A DNA stretch of 63,985 nt, counting the filler, from Conidiobolus incongruus B7586 (lineage: Eukaryota), in NCBI GenBank assembly GCA_000697335.1. It is 10 parts of 10 records of this genome, joined end to end, with 100 filler letters (N's around TTAATTAATTAA, not from the genome) between each part and the next. Parts side by side here need not be neighbours in the genome. Positions count along the whole stretch, not along the records: positions 51,523 to 60,350 come from JNEM01006802.1; positions 60,451 to 61,597 come from JNEM01006804.1; positions 61,698 to 62,833 come from JNEM01006806.1; positions 62,934 to 63,985 come from JNEM01006826.1; 6 more parts are not named here. One strand, 5' to 3'. Positions 56,462 through 63,985 of this stretch are shown here, piece after piece (position 1 is the stretch's first letter; each line of letters starts with the position of its first letter). The position numbers and the translations under genes were made by a program. The notes below the pieces were generated by a model. The model was not told the origin of the DNA, searched no databases, and saw nothing but the letters and a program-made list of their open reading frames with translations.

Positions 56462-57872
56462 ATGGAGTCAACAATGAACTCAGTAAAATTGGCAGCTCCT
56501 ACTGGTAATTCGCATTAATTTGATTAATGAAAAATGAAATTAACCATTGTTGTTTAGTGCCTCTTGTCGGTACAATTATCACTATCTTGAGTGCTGCTAC
56601 AGCATTTATATTAATTTTGTTGCGATTATTAGAGCATATTAGTTATTATTCAATGGTAATTGATTACTTTTATTGGTGTATCAACACATTACTTATTTAC
56701 TTTAAATATAGTCAAATCAACAAAAATGCCAATTAAGAATTCTATTCCTACTAATAGGACTCAATATTCTACCGATTTTAGACTATCATTGGATGTTTTT
56801 CCATAGTATTTACCAATTTATACAGACTTTGATCGAGTGTTCAATTCTTGTGCATTTGATCAATTTTCTCATTCAAATTATCAAGGATCAACAACCGAAG
56901 GACTCGCCAAATCTGACCAACTACCTGGACCACGAGTATATTAATCCTCCAATATGGGCACAGATGGCATCGTGGTTCCAGTACAAGAAGCCCATAAGAA
57001 TGCCATTCCCATTTCGAAATGTGAGGCTGCGACCGGGAAAGCAGCGTTTCTTTTTTTGGACACTCACCTTCATCTTTCAGTATCCTATACTCCGCAGCAT
57101 ACTTAGCTGTATACAACTGATTCTCAATTTGGCACAGCCTAACTCTTATAAATTTCAATTTGTTATCCAGAACTCGGCACCTTTCGCATTCTACTGTGTC
57201 GAACTCGCCAGTCTGATCGTGTGTTTCTACTTCAGTAGTCTTTTCTTCAAAGTGATCCGCTCGGACCTCATGTTCCCACTGGTGGGGGCGAGTATCAATC
57301 CTAGTACTCAGTTCTGCGCCACGTTCACTTACCTATTCATCGTCTCTGGACAAACCATCATGATCACAATTATCAATCAATTCCGTCCAATCGAAGTGAT
57401 GCCGTTATTGGATCACACATCCGACGCTATCGTCCTATGTGCTCTATTGGAAAGTGTAGAAATCGCCACATTCACAGTCATTACAGTAATCACTCTTCGC
57501 GTAATCGACAAAGGTATACCACCCTACTACCGCGGCGGCTTCCAATACCCACCTCGATACCTTGCACTTTTAGATACGTTTAATATTTGGAAAGACATTA
57601 AGGAAATTTTTAGGATTTCTAAACAATTCTTTAAATTCCTTTGGTATAATCGTAATTTTGAAAAATTGAAAATTTCTGATAAGTTTAATATTTCTAAATC
57701 AGAATCTTGTGAGAGATTGAGATACACAAATGATTGTAATGATTTTAAGACTGCTTCAAATATAATTGGGACTTTGGCAAGACCGAAGTCAGTGAAATTT
57801 CCTGGAAGGTCTAAACCTACATTTAAGGAGAATGATGATGACAAGGTGGGTACAATTGAATTGATAGAGTGA
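56462..57872 (+). CDS. Multi-pass membrane protein, OST-alpha/TMEM184 (organic solute transporter)-like, ~433 aa; exons 56462-56504, 56558-56655, 56712-57872
   Basis: GT-AG splicing joins the two ORF-track pieces in frame. About 7 hydrophobic segments; LLEHISYYSMSNQQKCQLRILFL resembles the family HLxxYxxPxxQRxIxRIL motif; also FQYPILR, LLESVE and ALLDTFNIWKDIKE. Confidence 0.72.
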
Positions 57873-58456
57873 GTAGAATGAATATAAATTTAGATAAGTA
57901 TATAAATATGGTTTGATGTTATTATTATAAAATTTTCTGTTGATTCATTACTATTCTATAATACTAGATATTCTTGGTAGTATATTGAATTTTCGAATAA
58001 ATGAAAATTTATTTGAAATTTAAATTAATTATATTTTATATTTTAGATAAATTCTCATTTACAAATACAACAATATTAAATGAATAATTTTTATAATTTA
58101 TTTAATAGATATAAATTTTATGAAATGAATAATTCAAATATTTTCAATTACTTAACCGAATATAAATATAAATAAATTGAGTGTTTTTATATTGATTTCA
58201 TAAATTTTATCCTATTTATATCAATTTATATTAATGATTTAATTCAACAGTATTGATTTATATAATAATATATTTATTAAAATTAATGATATAATTATTA
58301 TTAGTATAATTAGATAACGACATCATAATACAAAATGAGATCTTATATATCAAACTGTATACAAATTGTTGAAACTCAATATAGTGAAACTAAATACCAT
58401 TGTATAAATTCATCAATGAATTACTTAAATGGTATTAAATAAAACAATTAGTAATA

Positions 58457-58655
58457 TTACTCTGCATTTTTAATAATGGGAATTTTTTGTGATTAAAAAT
58501 AAATAAACATTTGAATATATGATATATAAAAATAAATATATATTAAAAATATATAATTTCCTATTAACTTTGTATATATTTATTCATTTCAAACTAATAA
58601 TATGTTTGAAAAATCGGAAATTAAAAAATTTCCCATTATTTCAAATTCAAGGTAA
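58457..58655 (-). mobile_element. 199-bp MITE-like internal-deletion derivative of mariner family A
   Basis: Both family A termini fused at an (AT)n microhomology, TA on both flanks, no coding sequence. Confidence 0.93.
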
Positions 58656-58778
58656 TATTAGAGAAATTGTGTTCAATAACAAAAATTAATAATTCGAGTG
58701 ATAACTTGAATATTAAAATTAGTAAACAAAATGAAAGGTAAATGAAAAATTAAATATATACTATTTTAATAATAAGTT

Positions 58779-58851
58779 CACCCAACGTGGGGGTCGAACC
58801 CACAACCTTGAGATTAAGAGTCTCACACTCTACCGATTGAGCTAGCTGGGC
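58779..58851 (-). tRNA. trnK-CUU: tRNA-Lys(CUU), intronless
   Basis: Reverse complement GCCCAGC TA GCTC AATCGGTA GAGT G TGAGA CTCTTAA TCTCA AGGTT GTGGG TTCGACC CCCAC GTTGGGT G folds as a 73-nt cloverleaf with anticodon CTT. Confidence 0.95.
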
Positions 58852-59581
58852 TTATTAGATTCCAAAATAAATTTAAATTTCGATATTATTAAACACATTT
58901 TCATTGCATATATTTCAATTTTTTATATATCTTAAGTATCTCAAAATCCTATATATTCGACCTACACTATATTTTAACTTTTTATATTAGTAATTTAATT
59001 TATTTATTTTTTTAATTTTATTATTCTTGTTAAGAGACAAGATCTCAAAGTTCTTCATATATTTTATTAAAGTTTATTATTCAATTTAAAGATTAATTAA
59101 TGCCATGTGATGTCTTATGGACCCATGTGTCATTTTTATATTAGAATTAATATAAATTAAATTCAATTTATTTATTAAACAGGGTTCTTCCTTTGTTCTT
59201 TCAATTTCCTCTTATAATTAATTATATTCTTGATTATTTATTTAGTTAATATCTAATTCTTTAATTATAAAACTATTTTTATAATTTACTACTTGTATTT
59301 AATAGTATCTACTAGTTTGAATTACTTTAATTATTAATCAAAGGCATATTACTTCTAATTGTGAATAAAGTTATTTTTTACTTTATTTCTAAGTCTTCCT
59401 CTGCAATATTGTATTCCTTTGAATACAAGGCTATTTTTGCTATTATCACATCTATTTATCAAAAGTTATTATTTTATTAAATTAATCTACGAATTAGATT
59501 CAATCTGTTATTTATCTTAAATTAAAAAGTCTATAAAACATATTATTTATTTAACTCATGTAATATCAACTTTCCTATATA

Positions 59582-60125
59582 TTAGTGTAGAAATTAAGTA
59601 ATGGCACAATTTTAAAATTAAAATTAAACAAATAAATTAATAAATAATATATAAAATTTAATGAATAATATAAAATTAATAGCCTCCTTTATTATTAATA
59701 ACTCTTTTCCATACCTTTGGTAAGCTTCTAATACCTAAAAAACAGTTCTTTTTATTAAGGACTGAAATTTGATGTTTCACAAACCAATTTAATTTGTTTG
59801 CAGGAATTTTTTTTCCTGTAAGCTGTTTTTTTAATTGTCTAAAATAATTATAATCACATGGATTATAATCAGGTGAATATACTAGATGTGGTAACTCCCT
59901 CCAATTTTTTTTATATAAAAAATCTTTTACAGCTTTAGCTTTATATATTTTGCAATTATCATGCAAAATAATAAGTGTCTTTAATTTATATTGAGAACAC
60001 CATTTAAAAATTGTTTTATTTAAAAAAGTAATATATAACTTACTATTAATTAATTTTCCTTGAGGTATTAAATAAAAAGACCATATACTATTATAATCCA
60101 TTACAACAATTAACATTCACTTATA
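59582..60125 (-). mobile_element. 3' half of mariner subfamily B copy with an open 146-aa catalytic C-terminus, interrupted by Tc1
   Basis: ORF 59676-60116 contains ILHDNCK...YSPDYNPCD...VWKRVINNKGGY; terminus TA|ttagtgtagaaattaagtaatggcacaatttt. Confidence 0.92.
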
Positions 60126-61060
60126 CACTAACCTGCAAAAGTGAGTCATAAAATCAAAAATATATATATTTTAATTAATAACTAAAACAATTGTATATAT
60201 TAGATTACTTGAAACTATAATATATAATTAAGGTATATTATTTAATAATAAATAAATATATTTAGATATATTTAGTAAACTATTAGCAAAAATATTAACC
60301 CTTAATATTTAACCAAGGTGAGTTATAAATTTGTGGGTTTTTGAGATAAANNNNNNNNNNNNNNNNNNNNNNNNNNNNNNNNNNNNNNNNNNNNTTAATT
60401 AATTAANNNNNNNNNNNNNNNNNNNNNNNNNNNNNNNNNNNNNNNNNNNNAAGGTTAATAAAGGAATTAATATTAAGATATATTAAAATATTCTCAATAA
60501 TAATTTGAAAAAAATATTGAATAATATAAGTTAAACAAACTAAACATTATTTTTTAATAAAATAATATCTTTTATTATATTATCATTTTTATTATTAAAT
60601 GGCTTAAAAATAGCAAAATAACTGTTATAAAATAACCTCTTTAATTTTTTAATTTTAACCTAATGGAATATCTTTATAATCAATTAAAAAAATTAATTAA
60701 TGTTTTTCTTTAATAAAAAATTTAAATTAACTTAAAAAGTATATTTAAAAAGCTTGGAATAATATTAGTCATATTTAATATAAAAAGATAATTGACTTTA
60801 AACTATATAAATTTAATAAGGTTAAAAAACAAAAGATAGATATATTAGATATTAATTTTACTTTTAATCTTAAAACCTATAAATTTATTACTTATCTTAA
60901 ATATATCTTTAGTTTTAATATATCAATTAATAATTAATTAAATTTAATTCTATATATTATATTATAAGTAAAAAATATATAATAATTACATAATTTGATA
61001 TAAATTCATTTGAATAAAAATTATTCAAAATAAAAATAAAAATAAAAATATTTTTAATTT
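60126..61060 (+). mobile_element. Tc1-like element spanning a gap, right TIR interrupted
   Basis: TA|cactaacctgcaaaagtgagtcataaaatcaaaaa; sequence after the gap is colinear with the Tc1 3' part. Continuity across the gap is unproven. Confidence 0.8.
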
Positions 61061-61062
61061 TA

Positions 61063-61597
61063 TTACCTTGAATTTGAAATAATGGGAAATTTTTTAATTT
61101 CTGATTTTTCAAAAATATTATTAGTTTGAAATGAATAAATATATACAAAGTTGATAGGAAATTATATATTTTTAATATATATATATATTAGTTTTTTGAT
61201 TAAAAAATTAACTTTTTAAAATTGGTTGTTTAATTTAATCATGCTTAAACCAAATAGTGATCATCAAAAGTCTTTTATTTTGGTATCAGTAAAACTTAAC
61301 CATAAACCCTCTAAAATTATTTAAAATTTACAAGCAGCTTTTGGTAATAAAGTATTATCTAAATCAACAATTTATTGCTGGGTAAATTACTTTAAAGCTA
61401 AGAGAGAAACTATTCAAAACCTGCTAAAATCTGGAAAACTAACTTTAACTGTCACTCTTTCAATTGTAAATAAAGTGAAAAAATATATTGAAAAGCACCT
61501 TTTTATTTCAGTCAGAGAATTATCTAAGCACTTTAATATTAGTTTTACAAGTATTTTATATATTTTAAAGTTTAAACTAAAATTAATAAATAAAAAT
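61063..61597 (+). mobile_element. 5' half of mariner family A copy, lightly mutated
   Basis: TA|ttaccttgaatttgaaataatggg; ATG at 61241 gives MLKPNSDHQKSFILVSVKLNHKPSKII*NLQ...; runs into a gap. Confidence 0.93.
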
Positions 61598-61697
61598 NNN
61601 NNNNNNNNNNNNNNNNNNNNNNNNNNNNNNNNNNNNNNNNNTTAATTAATTAANNNNNNNNNNNNNNNNNNNNNNNNNNNNNNNNNNNNNNNNNNNN

Positions 61698-62833
61698 TTT
61701 TTAGTTATATATATTATTAAATGATAATATTTAGTTATTAATTAGTTAAAATATAAACCTTTAAATTTTACTTAAGGTAAGTTATAAATTTATAGGTTTT
61801 TGGTGATAAAAAAAAATTAAAATTTAGTGTATCTACCTTTAACTTTTTTAACTTCTTTAAGTTTATAAGGTATAAAATCAATTAACTTCTTACATTAAAA
61901 AAAGTTAATTTTGTTTTATACTTCTTAAATATATTTTTAAAGTTGATTTAAATTTTTTGTTGGGGGGAAAACTTTAATAACTTTTTTTAATTAATCCTAA
62001 AAGTGTTTAATTAAATTAAAATTAAAAAATTAAAGAAGTTATTTTATAACTATTATCTTGTTATTTTTAAGTTATTTAGTAGTAAAAGTTATAGTATAAT
62101 AAAAAGTATTATCTTACTAGAAAATAACATCAGATTTATTTAATTTATATTATTTAATGGTTTTTTTTTAATTTATTATTTAAAATACTTTAATATATTT
62201 TAGTATTAATTCCCTTATTAAGTTTATAAAGATATTTTATACTTAAAAATAATATATATCCTTAAATAATAATTAACCTACTATTATATTTTTAGGTAAA
62301 ATTAACATAATAGTCATAAAGTAATTTTATATTTTTTTTAAAGTATTTAGTTTTTTTATTAAATCTACTAAAATATATTTTTGTTTTATTAAATTAAATA
62401 ACTTTATTCTAATTAGTTTCAATTTAATATTAGTGGTGATATTTAAACTTTTACCTAGTTTTACAGTAGGATTTTTTTAATTAAGGGTGTTTTTTCTTAA
62501 AATGTAAGTAGTATCTATATTAGTATAAAACATATATAATAATATTAGTGTTAACTAATATTCTTATATAATCTTATAATTCTTGTTATATTTCTACAGT
62601 AATATTATACTTGCTTATATTAACTAACTTATAAATATATTTCTTATTATGTTTATTTATAATTTTAACATATTTAAGTTTAAGTTTAAATGTGTCTTTA
62701 TTGTTATTATTAATAACTTTAACTATAATAAATTAACTAACATTAGTAATTCTAATAATATTATAAGTTAATTTACTTTTTTTATAAAGTTAATTAATAC
62801 ACAAGTAGATTTTTTTAAAGAGGGAATTAAATA
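61698..62833 (-). mobile_element. Tc1-like fragment between two gaps
   Basis: Colinear with about 7400-8530. Confidence 0.85.
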
Positions 62834-62933
62834 NNNNNNNNNNNNNNNNNNNNNNNNNNNNNNNNNNNNNNNNNNNNTTAATTAATTAANNNNNNNNNNN
62901 NNNNNNNNNNNNNNNNNNNNNNNNNNNNNNNNN

Positions 62934-63501
62934 CAGCATTAAAATAATATGAGGGTATCTCCTTTTTTAGTGGTATTATAGTATATAGTGTTAAATTTGA
63001 ATGAAATAAATTATAGATAAAATTTAAAATAGTAATAATTAGGTTTGATACAGACAGTTATTAATATCTAGTAGGTTTTTAATAGTTTTGTTGCTGCTAC
63101 CATATAAGTGTTGTGGTAGTTAAACTAATATAGTGTAGAGGAAGACTTAATATAAAAGTAGTGTGGTGCAGAATGTGGTAATATAATGTGGCTGTAGTGT
63201 GCAAGTGTAAACAAAGTTTAATTAAGCTTCAAACTAGGATGAGTCACTGATATATTAAGATTTATATTAGGTAGTGCCAATATCCTACAATATTGATAGA
63301 ATATAGTCTCAATCTTAGAAATAGTGTGAAAGTAAAAAATAGTAAGAATTGAGAGGAAAAAGAGGAACCTAGTTTATTAGATAATTTAATACTATTTATA
63401 CAATTAATTAAACTATATAAGTATAAATTAATCATATAATTTATAGTTAATTGGATTATATGAAAGTGTATATAAGAATTTAGAGAACTAGTCTCTTAAC
63501 A
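62934..63501 (-). mobile_element. 5' LTR (63501-63103), primer-binding site and start of internal region of an LTR retrotransposon
   Basis: Reverse complement of the solo LTR at 9643-10040. Followed immediately on the minus strand by TGGTAGCAGC, complementary to a tRNA 3' end (...GCUGCUACCA, initiator-Met type). Confidence 0.85.
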
Positions 63502-63957
63502 ATTATTATTAGTAGTTTAAACTATAGTAAACTAGCTAACACTAGTAATTCTAATAATATTATAAGTTGATTTATTTTTTTTATAAAGTTGATTAATACA
63601 TAAATAGATTTTTTTAATAAGAGATTTAAGTATAATAATACTAATAAAAAAATTTAATATATTTATAAAATATTATATAAAATAATAGCAAAAAGAGAAA
63701 AAAAATATAATTATATATTGTTAAATATATCCCCTTATCTTAAAAACTTATAAATTTATAACTCACCTTAATTTAATATTAAGGGTGATTATTTTTTCTA
63801 ATAATTTACTAAATATATCTTAATAAATTAATTATTATCAAATGATATATCTTAATTATAAATTATATTTTCAAATAATCTAATATATATAATTATTTTA
63901 GTAATAAATTAAAATATATATATTTTTGATTTTATAACTTACTTTTAGAAGTTAGTA
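63502..63957 (-). mobile_element. 5' part of a Tc1-like copy hosting the LTR element
   Basis: Colinear with about 8400-8855; ends in TIR tttttgattttataacttacttttagaagttagta|TA. Confidence 0.85.
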
Positions 63958-63985
63958 TATAAGTCTATATAATAATATTATTAAA

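Noticed and set aside
56841..57844. Antisense ORFs 56841-57158 and 57527-57844
   Set aside because: Shadows of the membrane-protein gene.

Overview
Very AT-rich eukaryotic scaffold with short (about 45-75 nt) GT-AG introns and nine 100-bp gap linkers (N-run/TTAATTAATTAA/N-run). An early-diverging fungus is my inference, from the gene content and intron style. Six protein genes: a single-pass Pro/Gln-rich surface protein; two tandem HMG-box genes with mitochondrial-type presequences; an orphan Ser/Pro-rich protein; an OST-alpha/TMEM184-like membrane protein; and a 17-exon, ~1591-aa gene at 20811-26413. That large gene fuses chromatin-reader modules (2 chromo-barrel/Tudor, ZZ, extended PHD, ZZ, GATA-type finger) to a bacterial-type amino-methyltransferase (NFLGRGT...HPPY) and a degenerate second MTase copy. 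Its catalytic part is split into micro-exons and is largely invisible in the ORF track. Also present: tRNA-Lys(CUU) and a ~440-nt CpG-retaining, hairpin-rich island that may be an unidentified ncRNA. Much of the rest is nested transposon relics: DD34D mariner subfamilies, a 1.57-kb Tc1-like element, an LTR family and a 199-bp MITE. The long copies are riddled with C>T/G>A transitions, mostly at CpA/TpG, and are essentially CpG-free, a RIP-like signature.
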